Source: Rhodobacteraceae bacterium bin131
Lineage (GTDB): Bacteria; Pseudomonadota; Alphaproteobacteria; Rhodobacterales; Rhodobacteraceae
Reading direction: 5' to 3'
Length of the DNA stretch: 64,000 nucleotides
NCBI GenBank assembly: GCA_002239085.1
Contig: MPNP01000001.1
Span: forward strand, 49,169 to 113,168
The notes under the pieces were generated by a model. That model was given only the letters and a program-made list of their open reading frames with translations. It ran no database searches and was not told where the DNA came from. Positions 9,236-20,175 of the stretch are shown here, in pieces (positions within the stretch are counted from its first letter, which is position 1; each line of letters starts with the position of its first letter). Position numbers and translations under genes: made by a program.

Positions 9236-10237
9236 TCAATTGATAGCTCCCAACTTGTCGGCGACATCCAACATTCGATTTGAAAAACCCCACTCATTGT
9301 CGTACCAACTCAAAACTCGACATAGTACACCCTCCATGACTTTGGTTTGATCCATGTGAAATATTGAGGAATGACTGTCATGATTGAAATCAGAAGATAC
9401 ATTGGGTTTTGTGGTATAGCCTAAAATACCGGTCAAACTAGATTCGGCGGCGTCTTGAATGGCGTCACAAATCTCTTCAATTGAGGTCGGACGTGCGGCT
9501 TCAAATGTTAGATCTACTACAGATACATTGGGAGTGGGGACTCTTAATGCGACACCATCTAGTTTTCCTTTAAGTTCCGGCAAGACTAATCCTACAGCAC
9601 GTGCAGCACCTGTTGAAGTTGGAATCATTGACATTCCAGCTGCTCGTGCTCGATAAGAATCTGTATGCAGAGCATCAAGGGTCGGTTGGTCGCCAGTATA
9701 AGAATGAACAGTGGTCATGAAACCCTTATTAATCCCAATAGAGTTGTGAAGAACTTTAGCGACAGGTGCTAGGCAGTTAGTCGTACAAGAAGCGTTAGAA
9801 ACTATTTGGTGATTAGGCTGAATGGTTTCGTGATTAACACCGAAGACTACTGTATTGTCTGCATCTTTACATGGAGCTGATACTAAAACTTTGCGTGAGC
9901 CGTTATTTAGGTGGAGTGCAGCAGCATTCTTGTTAGTATATCGCCCAGTGCATTCCAAGGCAACATCAACGTTATGCCAAGGGAGATTACTAGGTTCTTT
10001 AATTGCTGTTACAAGAATTTTTCGAGAGTCGACGATTAAATAGTCCCCATCGAACGTTACGTGATTTGGCAATCGTCCATGGACTGAGTCAAATTCAAAA
10101 AGAAGAGCAAGCTTTTCAACCGGTCCTAAGTCATTTATGGCAACGACTTCAATATCGTCTCTATTCGACTCGATCAATGCTCTAAGAACAAGCCGACCGA
10201 TTCGTCCAAATCCGTTAATACCTATTTGTGTTGCCAT
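9236..10237 (-). CDS. gap: Glyceraldehyde-3-phosphate dehydrogenase
   Basis: 333 aa. N-terminal INGFGRIGR Rossmann motif and active site SNASCTTNCLAP. Confidence 0.95.
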   Translation of the reverse strand: MATQIGINGFGRIGRLVLRALIESNRDDIEVVAINDLGPVEKLALLFEFDSVHGRLPNHVTFDGDYLIVDSRKILVTAIKEPSNLPWHNVDVALECTGRYTNKNAAALHLNNGSRKVLVSAPCKDADNTVVFGVNHETIQPNHQIVSNASCTTNCLAPVAKVLHNSIGINKGFMTTVHSYTGDQPTLDALHTDSYRARAAGMSMIPTSTGAARAVGLVLPELKGKLDGVALRVPTPNVSVVDLTFEAARPTSIEEICDAIQDAAESSLTGILGYTTKPNVSSDFNHDSHSSIFHMDQTKVMEGVLCRVLSWYDNEWGFSNRMLDVADKLGAIN

Positions 10238-10304
10238 AATTTAATTCCCTATCTTATATTAATTCGGAGCCAATTAGAGGTGGTCAAAACCTCCCCATTG
10301 CGGT

Positions 10305-12326
10305 TTAGTTTAAAAGAGATATAACTTTTTCTACAATATGGCTGGTGGTTATACCAAATTTTTCATACGCTTTATCAGCAGGCGCCGATACACCGAAGCT
10401 TTTCATTCCAATAAAACCAGCTTTTTTAAAATTGCCCCGCTCACCGATGAGCCATCGGTCCCAGCCCATTTGCATTGCGGCTTCGATTCCAACGCGAATA
10501 GGACCACGGGGCAAAACCAGTCGCCGATAGTTTTCGTTTTGTTGGTCAAATAATTCCCAACATGGAATCGAAACTACACGAACGCCAATTCCCTGAGCTT
10601 GTAGTGTTTGTCGAGCTTTCATGGCAAGGTGAACTTCTGACCCAGAGGCTATGAGTATAACTTGCCGAGTGGTTTCGAAATCAGCTAGGATATAAGCCCC
10701 CCGAGCCGTTAAATTTTTAGAGGTGTACTTTGTCCGGAGTGTTGGCAAACCTTGGCGTGAAAGTGCTAGAATGGAAGGAGTTTTCTTTTGGGATAGAGCC
10801 AATTGCCAAGATTCAGCGGTTTCGGTTGTATCACAGGGGCGGAAAACGTGAAGATTTGGAGTTGCTCGAAGCATGCATAAATGCTCTACAGGCTGATGAG
10901 TTGGTCCATCTTCTCCCAAGCCTATGGAATCATGGGTCATTACATAGATAACAGGTATCTCCATCAATGATGAGAGTCGAATTGAAGGCCGAGCATAATC
11001 AGCAAAACACAAAAAAGTTCCACCATAAGGTCGCAGACCTCCATGAAGTGCCATTCCATTCATTGCAGCTGCCATGGCATGCTCACGAATTCCGTAATGA
11101 ATATATCTAGATTTGCGATTTGTTTGATTAAAAACTCCTAATTTGGTGGTATAAGTGTTGTTAGAACCAGTTAAATCAGCCGACCCGCCAAACAATTCGG
11201 GAATGAAGTGTGTTAATTCATTTAATACGATTTCTGAAGACTTTCGGGTAGCAACCTTTGAGAGTTCGGTACTAGCATTCCGTTTAATTTTACGAATTTT
11301 GGTATTTAATTTAGGGTGAACCTCACCCGAAAATATACGTTTGAATTCATTTTGCTTTTTTTCACTGAGCTGGTGAAAACGATTGAGCCAATTGTTATAA
11401 GCTTCGGAGTTTTGAAGTCCGAACTGTTCCCATTGAGATTTAATATTATCGGGGATGACAAAGGGAGGATTATTCCAGTCATAGTTCTGGCGAACTTGTG
11501 TGATTTCGTCTTCTCCTAGAGGCGAACCGTGCGAGGAAGCTTTTCCTTGTTTAGCCGGAGAACCGAAGCCAATCATTGTTTTGCATGCAACAAATGCTGG
11601 TTTTGGTGATGCTTTTGCTTGCCGTAAAGCAGAGCTTATCTCATCGGGATTATGTCCATCGCACTCAATGGTGTCCCAGCCGCTTGCTTGAAATCGTTTT
11701 TGTTGACAGGTCTTATCACTTAAAGAAACATCGCCATCAATGGTAATGTTGTTGTTATCCCAAAGCAGGATTAACTTAGACAGTTCAAGCTTTCCAGCAA
11801 GAGACAGGGCTTCTTGGCTAATGCCTTCCATCAGGCATCCGTCACCGACAATTGCAATGGTGTGGTGGTCAACAATCTGTTGACCAAATATTGCCCTTAA
11901 GTGCTCCTCGGCAATAGCAAATCCAACCGCATTTGCTAATCCCTGACCCAATGGCCCGGTTGTCGTTTCAACACCTGAATTTGGATGAAATTCTGGATGC
12001 CCCGCAGTGATTGACCCAAGTTGACGAAATTCTTTTAATTGCTCTAGTTTGAATGCTTTGTAGCCGGTGAGATAAAGCAGGGAATAGAGGAGCATTGATC
12101 CGTGCCCGGCCGAGAGAATAAACCGGTCCCGATCAGGCCAACTAGGATCTAAAGGATTATATTTTAAAAAATCTTTAAAGAGTACTGTTGCAACATCGGC
12201 CATCCCCATAGGCATGCCGGGATGTCCTGAATTTGCCTTCTGTACAGCATCCATTGAAAGGACTCGCACAGCAGCCGCAAGTTTGAAATGATCAGGGAAA
12301 CAAAGTTTCAAATGATCAAGTTTCAT
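10305..12326 (-). CDS. tkt: Transketolase
   Basis: 673 aa. Contains SGHPGMPMGMA and the TPP motif GDGCLMEGISQEA. Order is tkt-gap-pgk. Confidence 0.95.
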   Translation of the reverse strand: MKLDHLKLCFPDHFKLAAAVRVLSMDAVQKANSGHPGMPMGMADVATVLFKDFLKYNPLDPSWPDRDRFILSAGHGSMLLYSLLYLTGYKAFKLEQLKEFRQLGSITAGHPEFHPNSGVETTTGPLGQGLANAVGFAIAEEHLRAIFGQQIVDHHTIAIVGDGCLMEGISQEALSLAGKLELSKLILLWDNNNITIDGDVSLSDKTCQQKRFQASGWDTIECDGHNPDEISSALRQAKASPKPAFVACKTMIGFGSPAKQGKASSHGSPLGEDEITQVRQNYDWNNPPFVIPDNIKSQWEQFGLQNSEAYNNWLNRFHQLSEKKQNEFKRIFSGEVHPKLNTKIRKIKRNASTELSKVATRKSSEIVLNELTHFIPELFGGSADLTGSNNTYTTKLGVFNQTNRKSRYIHYGIREHAMAAAMNGMALHGGLRPYGGTFLCFADYARPSIRLSSLMEIPVIYVMTHDSIGLGEDGPTHQPVEHLCMLRATPNLHVFRPCDTTETAESWQLALSQKKTPSILALSRQGLPTLRTKYTSKNLTARGAYILADFETTRQVILIASGSEVHLAMKARQTLQAQGIGVRVVSIPCWELFDQQNENYRRLVLPRGPIRVGIEAAMQMGWDRWLIGERGNFKKAGFIGMKSFGVSAPADKAYEKFGITTSHIVEKVISLLN

Positions 12327-12638
12327 ATTGTCCCCCGGTGTAAATTTGAGGAAATTAACATTTGATGAGTCTCAGGCTGTAAATATTTATAGATCCATTG
12401 CATCATTTTAATCGTTTATTAAAAAACTTTTTAGAGTTAAGATTTCTAATTGAAGTAAGGTTTGGTGAAATTTGCAAATTAAATTTATAAAGTCTGAATT
12501 TGCAATGTCCATTAAGTCAATAAATGTTTTGTTTTTTACTTTCTACAATATAATCCTGTTCTGTTTGCTTTACATTGGATGAATAGAGAATAATTATTTG
12601 CAACAATTTTAAGTTCGGTTGCATGATGAACAAATACC

Positions 12639-13010
12639 ATGGAAGATACTATTACGAGCTATATTGGCAGGTTGGAAAAGGCCTTTGACCAAGTTATTAA
12701 GAGAATCGAAATTCAACAGCAATTGTTCCAGCAAAGAATTGAAGAAACTGAATATCAATTGGCTGAAGAACGACAACGCAATGAAGATCTAATCAATGAA
12801 AACCTCCACACTTTAAAATTGGTAAAAAAAACTACGGCAGATGAATTCAATGAGCAAATTCAGGAATATTCAAAACGTGAGCAGATTTTACTCCAAGAAA
12901 TAAAAAATTATAAGAAGCAATTATCAGTACTAACCAAACAACGTAACAAAGATGTTGACGATTTAAGAATGATTATCAGTGAATTAGAGGAAATACTAGC
13001 AAAGACATGA
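12639..13010 (+). CDS. Coiled-coil protein preceding zapA (DUF4164-like)
   Basis: 123 aa, almost entirely heptad-like and charged. The stop overlaps the zapA start (ATGA). This position is typical for alphaproteobacteria. The family assignment is not verifiable here. Confidence 0.5.
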   Translation: MEDTITSYIGRLEKAFDQVIKRIEIQQQLFQQRIEETEYQLAEERQRNEDLINENLHTLKLVKKTTADEFNEQIQEYSKREQILLQEIKNYKKQLSVLTKQRNKDVDDLRMIISELEEILAKT

Positions 13011-13315
13011 TTGATAGTAAGGTGACTATATATATCAATACCGGAACTCAAAGGCTTCCTTTAACATGTTCTGAAGATGATGTTCAATCGTTGATGATGG
13101 CGACCAAAAAGTTCCAGTTAGAACTTGATATAGTTGATCAATTATACCCTAACGATAGTGCGACCAACAAAGTCTTATTGACAGGCGTTCGTATCGCGGA
13201 CGCAATAAACTTAATTGAGCAAGATCCAAAACTTTATCATGCTGAAATCAATAGGCTTAAAGAGTTAACCGAAAAAATGGAACGACTCGCCCAGAACTTA
13301 GAAATAGATCCTTAA
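13007..13315 (+). CDS. zapA: Cell division protein ZapA
   Basis: 102 aa. The pattern KVTIYINTGTQRLPLTCSEDDVQSL...VLLTGVRIADAINLIEQ resembles ZapA. A 6S-like RNA follows, as in the zapA-ssrS synteny. Confidence 0.65.
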   Translation: MIDSKVTIYINTGTQRLPLTCSEDDVQSLMMATKKFQLELDIVDQLYPNDSATNKVLLTGVRIADAINLIEQDPKLYHAEINRLKELTEKMERLAQNLEIDP

Positions 13316-13325
13316 AGACATTTTT

Positions 13326-13510
13326 GTCCGCCAAGTGCAATGTTTCAGGGTTATTTCCAAAGAGATTTTTTGGAATTGGTTTGCTCAACACGGATGAAAA
13401 AGTTTCAATCTTTCCTGTATCGCAAGGAGAAGTTGCTTAATTTTCATCCAGAATTGCCTTGAAGATACCGGACTCTGTTTACTCCAAGCCATTGGTGTTC
13501 ACCACCGGAC
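13326..13510 (+). ncRNA. ssrS: Candidate 6S RNA
   Basis: ORF-free stretch right after zapA. Hand folding gives a closing stem (13326-13342 with 13494-13510), a large central bubble (about 13367-13391 opposite about 13450-13472), and a long terminal hairpin with a 9-bp core (ggatgaaaa/ttttcatcc). Length is about 185 nt. Ends are approximate, within about 30 nt. Confidence 0.55.
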
Positions 13511-13684
13511 TTGATGGAATCAACTCAAAGGGTCGCCAGAGATGGTAGGTTTACCTGCAAATTTCTTCCATCTTAAATAACCTTACAACAATTTATTATT
13601 AATTGGGTACACACGGTAGATTAAATATCTTACATATACCTGAATGTCAGAGGAATTTTTGAATTGATTCACCTGCCCATTAAT

Positions 13685-14056
13685 TTAATTATTGTTGTGC
13701 TCCCGAATTCTTTCGGCAGCATCTTTGTTAAAGTTAACACCTTTATCATCCAATAATTGATCAAGCTCTCCAGATAGGGCCATTTCTGAGACAATATCAC
13801 ACCCACCAACAAATTCTCCTTTGATATAAAGTTGTGGAATTGTCGGCCATTCTGAAAAAGTCTTAATTCCCTCTCTAAGAAGAGGGTCATCAAGGACATT
13901 GATATCTTCAAATTTTATATCAAGGTAGTTCAAAACTCCAGCAACGCGAGATGAAAATCCACATTGAGGGCTTAGTTTGGTACCCTTCATAAATAAAACA
14001 ACATCTGCTTCATCAATTGTTTTTTTGATTTTAACTTGGGTGGTATCTTGGTTCAT
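13685..14056 (-). CDS. grxD: Grx4-family monothiol glutaredoxin
   Basis: 123 aa with the CGFS active site (SPQCGFSSRV) and WPTIPQLYIKGEFVGGCDI. Confidence 0.9.
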   Translation of the reverse strand: MNQDTTQVKIKKTIDEADVVLFMKGTKLSPQCGFSSRVAGVLNYLDIKFEDINVLDDPLLREGIKTFSEWPTIPQLYIKGEFVGGCDIVSEMALSGELDQLLDDKGVNFNKDAAERIREHNNN

Positions 14057-14301
14057 TATTTCTCCGGTGCTCTAGTAGTAAGGGCGAGGGCATGGAGCTC
14101 GCCGTTTGGACCATCCATAAGCCCTTTTAAGGATTTATAGACAGCTTTTTGTTGTTGAATCCTGTTCAATCCACGAAAACTCTCATCAATCACTTCGGCT
14201 GCATAGTGGTTACCATCCCCAGCTAAGTCCGTAACAGTGATTTTAGCTTTGGGGAACGCAGTTCGAATGAGATTTTCAATTTGGGTACTTTTTACAGGCA
14301 A
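14056..14301 (-). CDS. BolA family protein
   Basis: 81 aa. BolA-like features (GDGNHYAAEVIDESFRGL..., HALALTT). Stop/start abuts grxD, the classic BolA-Grx pairing. Confidence 0.8.
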   Translation of the reverse strand: MPVKSTQIENLIRTAFPKAKITVTDLAGDGNHYAAEVIDESFRGLNRIQQQKAVYKSLKGLMDGPNGELHALALTTRAPEK

Positions 14302-14731
14302 AACTATTTTCCCTAAATTTTACTCGGTTGAATCAACTTACACAAATAGTATGGTTAATAACAAATTACAGGTAAATTTGAGGGAATTTGAAATAATGTA
14401 GGTTTTAAGAAAGTCAATTATCTTAATAAGAGAGTGTGTTGAGGTATCTCGCGCTCGGATTGATATTCGGCTCATTAAACGCAAAGCTGATGGAAATAAA
14501 ACAAATTCAAAGAAAGATAAATAGTGAATCACTCTAATGGCTTTGGTAGACCAAGCCAAAGTGCTTATGGAAGTTAAATGTCAAAATTAAGTTGCAAGGA
14601 CATCAATTCAGTCAATGACCTTAAGGCAAAAGATTCGGCTTCAATCAATAAATGTGAGTCATACGATGGTCAATATAGGTGGTTTTCCAAGTGCTTGAAT
14701 TTATTGGTGCTACTTGTTCCAAGTCTACAAT

Positions 14732-15616
14732 TCATGTCTTTGCTAATTTAACCTCAGAAAGAATAAAATCGCGGAAAGCGATAACCTTTTTTGAATCTCT
14801 TAATTCATAAGAGTAAGCTAAGTAGATTGGAATTTCATCCGACTTGACATCAGGGATAACTGGTATGAGGCCTTCAACAACATTGGATACATAGTCAGGC
14901 AGAATACCAATTCCCAAATCATTAATGATGCTCTGAAATACCCCATAATAATTATTCACAACCATCTGACACGATGGGTTATAATTAAAAACATCCCGAA
15001 TATACACACTCGCAGCAGGTGATAACATGCTTGAGTAATTCTGAGTGATTAGTCGATGGCTTGCTAATCCTTCTAAACTCAGCGGAAGAGCGTGCTTTTG
15101 GGCATAGCTGACACTGGCAAACAATCCCATCCGAGAACCCATTAGTTTTCTGCGGATCAGGTCCGCTTGTGAAGGTTCTTTCATTCGAATTGCTACATCA
15201 GCCTCTCGCATTGGAAGATCAAGGGTTTTTTCATTAAGTAATAGGTGGATGTTTATTTCTGGATTTGCTGCAAAAAATTTGGGCAATTTGGGCCCAAACC
15301 ATAGAATTCCAAATCCTTGAGTGGTCGTAACCTTTAGATTCCCTTTAGAGGCTCGTTTAAAATCATTTATCTGAGCCTGAGCTGCGTTCATTTGTTGAGC
15401 CATCTTTTCGGAGGCCTCAAATAAGTAACTCCCTTGCTCAGTTAAAATTATTCCCCGAGCATGCCGGTGAAATAATTTAGTTCCAAAATCATTCTCTAAA
15501 GAACTGATGTGACGACTCACTACGGATTGATGGATGCCTAATGTACTCGCGGCTTGAATAACGCTTTGAGATTTTGCAACAATACGAAAAATTCGAACTT
15601 TATCCCAGTCCAACAT
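14732..15616 (-). CDS. LysR family transcriptional regulator
   Basis: 294 aa. N-terminal wHTH (FRIVAKSQSVIQAASTLGIHQSVVSRHISSLE) and a LysR substrate-binding domain. Confidence 0.85.
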   Translation of the reverse strand: MLDWDKVRIFRIVAKSQSVIQAASTLGIHQSVVSRHISSLENDFGTKLFHRHARGIILTEQGSYLFEASEKMAQQMNAAQAQINDFKRASKGNLKVTTTQGFGILWFGPKLPKFFAANPEINIHLLLNEKTLDLPMREADVAIRMKEPSQADLIRRKLMGSRMGLFASVSYAQKHALPLSLEGLASHRLITQNYSSMLSPAASVYIRDVFNYNPSCQMVVNNYYGVFQSIINDLGIGILPDYVSNVVEGLIPVIPDVKSDEIPIYLAYSYELRDSKKVIAFRDFILSEVKLAKT

Positions 15617-15764
15617 AATTCACTTTCAAAGGGTCCTAGTTGGGTTTGTATGTGAGATATTTGATTAACAAAGAAATAAATTCAACCAAGACAATTGAAT
15701 TAAACTCATCTATAAAAATGTTTTATGCTATTGTTTAAGGATCATCTTTTTTGGGTCAATTCAC

Positions 15765-18572
15765 ATGAAAAGTTTTGCACAATTGATTTGTAAAACGCCC
15801 TTAGCATACGAGAGTGAGTTTCCTGTATGTACAAAGGATTCACGCTTTGTTGCTGATCCACAATTTGCACAATTATTAACGAATACTGCAAGTTGCAGCC
15901 CGTATTTACGAAGTATAATAGAAAAGAATTTGCCCTGGGTAGCCACCTTGGCAGAAGCTAACCCTGAAGCGATTTGCCAGGAGTTTTGTCAACCCTTTTT
16001 AATTGAATCAAGCGTCCAAGTCGCCGATGAACTCAGGAAAAGAAAGAAAAAAATTGCCCTCTTAATCGCCCTCGCCGACCTAGGAGGAGTATGGACCCTC
16101 AATCAAGTGACAGAAACTCTGACTCAATTTGCTGATTTTGCCTGTGACATTTTGCTAAAATCATTAGTTAATGAAGCAGCAAATAAGGGGAAAATTAAAG
16201 CAATCTCAGACGGTCAGCAAACAAGTTTTGGCGGACTATTTATCCTTGCCATGGGTAAAATGGGAGGCAAAGAGCTTAACTATTCATCAGATATTGACCT
16301 CGTTGTATTGTTTGATGAAACCAAGCATGATTTAGACCAGTTTAATCTGGTCAAATCAGAGTTTGTAAAAATCACCCGAAAATTTACCCGCTTGATGAGT
16401 GAAACAACGAAAGAAGGATATGTATTTCGGACAGACTTAAGATTACGCCCAGATCCATTTGTCAATCCAGTATGTCTGTCGGTTGGTGGAGCCGAACGCT
16501 ATTATGAAAGCTTCGCAAGAGCTTGGGAAAGGGCCGCTTATATCAAGGCAAGACCCTGTGCCGGGGACATTGCCGCTGGATACGAATTTTTACAAAGGAT
16601 CAACCCGTTTATCTGGCGCCTGCAATACGATTTCACCGCCCTGCAAGATACCAGTGAAATGCAAGACCGAATTTGGGAAAATGTGGGTTCAACAGATATC
16701 AATAATCTTTTTGGATATAACCTCAAACTTGGCCGAGGGGGTATACGAGAGATCGAATTATTTGTCCAAACTTACCAAATGGTTGCTGGAGGAAGAGATC
16801 AATCCCTCCGGATTAAAGATACAATGGGAGCGTTGAATTGTCTTGTGAAGAAAGGGTGGGTTGACAAAGAAACAGCTTACGGTCTCAAAGTAAACTACAC
16901 TAAACTAAGAACTTGGGAACATCGAGTTCAAATGATTCGCGATGCACAAACCCATCAGCTGCCTAAAACCACCCAAGAAATGCAGCGACTAGCCGCCTTA
17001 TGCGGATTAGGTAGTTCTGATGAATTGGTGAAGGCTGTTCGTGCTGCACTTATGGTGGTCCAAGAAAATACAGGCAAAAATTCTGACCAACCTGAAGCTG
17101 CCGTAGAAACATCTGATTATTCGTTTATGAGTGAAGCCGAGCGCAATTTAGTTGAACAATGGCTCCATTTGCCTGCGTTCAGAACTGACCGAGCCAACCA
17201 AATATTTAATCGTCTGCGTCCTCAATTGTTTAATCGGATAGCACGCTCAGGTAACCCACGAGAAGCACTGATTCAGTTTGACTCTTTTTTACGAGGACTT
17301 CCCGCTGGTGTTCAACTATTCTCTCTATTTGAGGCTAATCCACAGTTAATGGAACTATTGACAGATATCTGTGCTACAGCTCCTAAACTAGCTCAGTTTT
17401 TATCACGAAACTCCCGCGTATTGGATGCTGTGCTGGAAGCGAATTTTTTTGAGCCTCTTCCTGCGATGAATAGCCTGAAGAAAGAACTGACTCAGTTACT
17501 CAGTGGTTTGACCGATTATGAATGGACTTTGCGACAAGCAAGAAGATGGATGCATGAAAAGCATTTCAAGATTGGGACACATCACCTCAAAAGTATGCTG
17601 AATCCAAAGGAAATCGCTATAAGCTACGCTTCTTTAGCCGATGCAGTAATAACGAGTATTACCCCTCATGTTGTTGAACAATTTAGTAAATTATATGGTT
17701 TGCCACCAGGAAGAGGGTTTACGATTTTAGCAATGGGTTCACTTGGGTCACAAAACCTGACGAGTAAGTCCGACCTTGACATCATTTTGATTTATGACCC
17801 GCTTGATGAAGATTACTCAAAAGGCAAAAAACCCCTTTCTTCGCGGCAGTATTATGCTCGACTTACCCAAGCGCTTGTCTCGGCTTTATCATCCCGCTTA
17901 CCAGAGGGGCAGCTATACGAAATAGATATGAGACTACGCCCATCCGGTCGTAAAGGTCCTGTTGCGACGTCGCTTAAGTCATTTAAATATTATCAACTAA
18001 CTGATGCTTGGGTTTGGGAACATTTGGCTCTTACGAGAGCAAGAACAATTGCTGGAAATGATGAACTCGCACAAGAAATTGAAGAGTTTCGTCAAGACCT
18101 CATTTCTCGGCCTCATGATCAACAAAAGATTGTTGATAGCGTTATAGATATGCGAAATCGACTAGCCAAAAATGCTCCAGTGAATACTGAGAAAAATGTG
18201 TGGGAATTGCGAAGCGGAGAAGCTAGAATCCTTGATATTGAGCTGATAGCCCAAGCCGGTGCTTTATTATCGGGTAGTAAGCAAAGGAGGGTCGATGAGC
18301 AGTGCAATGCCGGATACCAAATAGGTTGGATGACTCCAACCGAGAGAGACTGCTTGAAGGAGACCTATGCTCAGCTTGGAACAATTAAACAAGCCATATG
18401 CTTAACGGTAGAGGGAGAGTTTAATCCTGAAAATGCAGGAACTGGTGTAAAGGAATTTTTACTCACCCAAACTGGTTTTAATTCATTGGAAGAATTAGGA
18501 AACTGTCTTTCTGAAAATAGGAATATTGCCCGAAAGGCAATAAATCGTATATTGTCTCGCACTTGTGGTTAG
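15765..18572 (+). CDS. glnE: Bifunctional glutamine synthetase adenylyltransferase/adenylyl-removing enzyme
   Basis: 935 aa with two nucleotidyltransferase modules (GKMGGKELNYSSDIDLVVLF and MGSLGSQNLTSKSDLDIILIY), each followed by RLRPDP/RLRPSG motifs. Confidence 0.9.
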   Translation: MKSFAQLICKTPLAYESEFPVCTKDSRFVADPQFAQLLTNTASCSPYLRSIIEKNLPWVATLAEANPEAICQEFCQPFLIESSVQVADELRKRKKKIALLIALADLGGVWTLNQVTETLTQFADFACDILLKSLVNEAANKGKIKAISDGQQTSFGGLFILAMGKMGGKELNYSSDIDLVVLFDETKHDLDQFNLVKSEFVKITRKFTRLMSETTKEGYVFRTDLRLRPDPFVNPVCLSVGGAERYYESFARAWERAAYIKARPCAGDIAAGYEFLQRINPFIWRLQYDFTALQDTSEMQDRIWENVGSTDINNLFGYNLKLGRGGIREIELFVQTYQMVAGGRDQSLRIKDTMGALNCLVKKGWVDKETAYGLKVNYTKLRTWEHRVQMIRDAQTHQLPKTTQEMQRLAALCGLGSSDELVKAVRAALMVVQENTGKNSDQPEAAVETSDYSFMSEAERNLVEQWLHLPAFRTDRANQIFNRLRPQLFNRIARSGNPREALIQFDSFLRGLPAGVQLFSLFEANPQLMELLTDICATAPKLAQFLSRNSRVLDAVLEANFFEPLPAMNSLKKELTQLLSGLTDYEWTLRQARRWMHEKHFKIGTHHLKSMLNPKEIAISYASLADAVITSITPHVVEQFSKLYGLPPGRGFTILAMGSLGSQNLTSKSDLDIILIYDPLDEDYSKGKKPLSSRQYYARLTQALVSALSSRLPEGQLYEIDMRLRPSGRKGPVATSLKSFKYYQLTDAWVWEHLALTRARTIAGNDELAQEIEEFRQDLISRPHDQQKIVDSVIDMRNRLAKNAPVNTEKNVWELRSGEARILDIELIAQAGALLSGSKQRRVDEQCNAGYQIGWMTPTERDCLKETYAQLGTIKQAICLTVEGEFNPENAGTGVKEFLLTQTGFNSLEELGNCLSENRNIARKAINRILSRTCG

Positions 18573-18592
18573 ACATTGATTGGGAGGTCACA

Positions 18593-18883
18593 TTGACAAA
18601 AAATCATTCTTTTGATCCTAGAGGGCTTATTGCTGAGTCTTATCGGATGGAGCAAATAACCGAGAGTGAATGTCGATCAATATTTTTAGATTGGGTTTTG
18701 GGAATACCTGATGGTCAGTCGCAACAAGAACATATCAGGCAACTCTTAGGCTATTACCAGTCAAAATATCCCGATCATCCCACTACCAAATTACTTTTGG
18801 AAGGGTTGCGAAGCCCTCAGCCACGTAGAAAACGGAAACAATCTCGTTTAGTATTGCGAAATACCCAAAACAATTCAGATTAA
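18593..18883 (+). CDS. Small hypothetical protein downstream of glnE
   Basis: The ORF is open from 18563. A strong SD (GGGAGG, 18582-18587) lies 5 nt before TTG 18593. No motif recognised. Its stop codon overlaps the gltA stop on the opposite strand. Confidence 0.4.
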   Translation: MTKNHSFDPRGLIAESYRMEQITESECRSIFLDWVLGIPDGQSQQEHIRQLLGYYQSKYPDHPTTKLLLEGLRSPQPRRKRKQSRLVLRNTQNNSD

Positions 18884-20175
18884 CGGTCTTCAATCGGAAT
18901 ATATTTAAGATTGACATTGCCCGTATACTTTTGCCTTGGGCGGCCAATTTTTAATGTTGGATCAACGATCATTTCTTTCCACTGCGCGATCCACCCCACT
19001 GTCCTTGATAAAGCAAATATCGGTGTAAACATGGACGTCGGGTATCCCAGTGCGTCAAGAATGATACCGGAGTAATAATCTACGTTAGGATAAAGCTTTT
19101 TCGACTGGAAATAGTCGTCTTCAAGGGCAATCTTCTCCAATTCCTTGGCGACTTTTAGAATCGGTTTATCATCACTATCCAAGATTTCTAGGACTTCATC
19201 GGCAGAAATCTTCATTATATGAGCTCGAGGGTCAAAATTTTTATAGACGCGGTGTCCGAAACCCATCAGTCTGAATGGATCTGATTTATCTTTTGCGCGA
19301 TTAATATATTCCGGTATTTTATCCACGGTTCCAATTTCGCGGAGCATATTCAGGCAAGCTTCGTTAGCCCCACCGTGGGAAGGCCCCCAGAGACATGCTA
19401 TTCCTGCCGCAATACAGGCGAATGGATTGGCACCAGAAGAGCCAGCGAGTCGGACTGTTGAAGTTGATGCATTTTGCTCATGGTCGGCATGGAGCATAAA
19501 AATGCGGTCCATGGCTCGACTGATGGTAGGATTAGTATCATATTCTTGAGTGGGAACTGAGAAGCACATTTTCAAGAAATTGGTTGGATAATCAAGATCA
19601 TTACTGGGATAGATATACGGCTGCCCGATTGAGTATTTGTATGCCATAGCCACGATATTTGGAAGTTTGGCAATCATCCGAATACAGGCAATTTCCCTTT
19701 GTTGGGGGTCATTAATATCAGTCGAGTCATGATAAAATGCAGACAATGCTCCCACCACTCCTGTTATGATGGCCATTGGGTGTGCATCGCGACGAAATCC
19801 TCTGAAAAAATTGATTAACTGTTCATGAACCATGGTATGCATAGTGACTCGCTCTTCAAAATTTGCGAGTTCATCGGCAGTTGGCAGGTGTGAGTAGAGA
19901 AGAAGGAAGCAGACCTCAAGGTAGTATGAGTTTTTGGCGAGTTCAGCAATATCATAGCCCCGATATTGCAGGATCCCTTTTTCCCCGTCGATGAAGGTAA
20001 TTTCCGATTCACATGATGCTGTTGAGGTGAATCCTGGGTCATATGTGAAAATGTTGGCATCACGATATAAATGGCGAATATCTAGGACGTCGGGTCCAGC
20101 TGAAGGGGAAGATAAATCAAGGGGGTATGACTTATCGTTTATCACTAATTTTGCGTTTTTTTTATGTGAAGTCAT
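18880..20175 (-). CDS. gltA: Citrate synthase
   Basis: 431 aa. Contains [15 protein letters not shown] and the [14 protein letters not shown] signature. Confidence 0.95.
   Translation of the reverse strand: MTSHKKNAKLVINDKSYPLDLSSPSAGPDVLDIRHLYRDANIFTYDPGFTSTASCESEITFIDGEKGILQYRGYDIAELAKNSYYLEVCFLLLYSHLPTADELANFEERVTMHTMVHEQLINFFRGFRRDAHPMAIITGVVGALSAFYHDSTDINDPQQREIACIRMIAKLPNIVAMAYKYSIGQPYIYPSNDLDYPTNFLKMCFSVPTQEYDTNPTISRAMDRIFMLHADHEQNASTSTVRLAGSSGANPFACIAAGIACLWGPSHGGANEACLNMLREIGTVDKIPEYINRAKDKSDPFRLMGFGHRVYKNFDPRAHIMKISADEVLEILDSDDKPILKVAKELEKIALEDDYFQSKKLYPNVDYYSGIILDALGYPTSMFTPIFALSRTVGWIAQWKEMIVDPTLKIGRPRQKYTGNVNLKYIPIEDR

Noticed and set aside
13669-13911. 80-aa minus-strand ORF overlapping grxD in another frame.
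   Set aside because: The grxD frame has the CGFS motif and full-length glutaredoxin similarity. The alternate frame has nothing recognisable.
14338-14559. 73-aa minus-strand ORF in the bolA-LysR spacer.
   Set aside because: Hydrophobic and low-complexity, AT-rich codons, no RBS, no motif. Probably non-coding promoter or terminator space.
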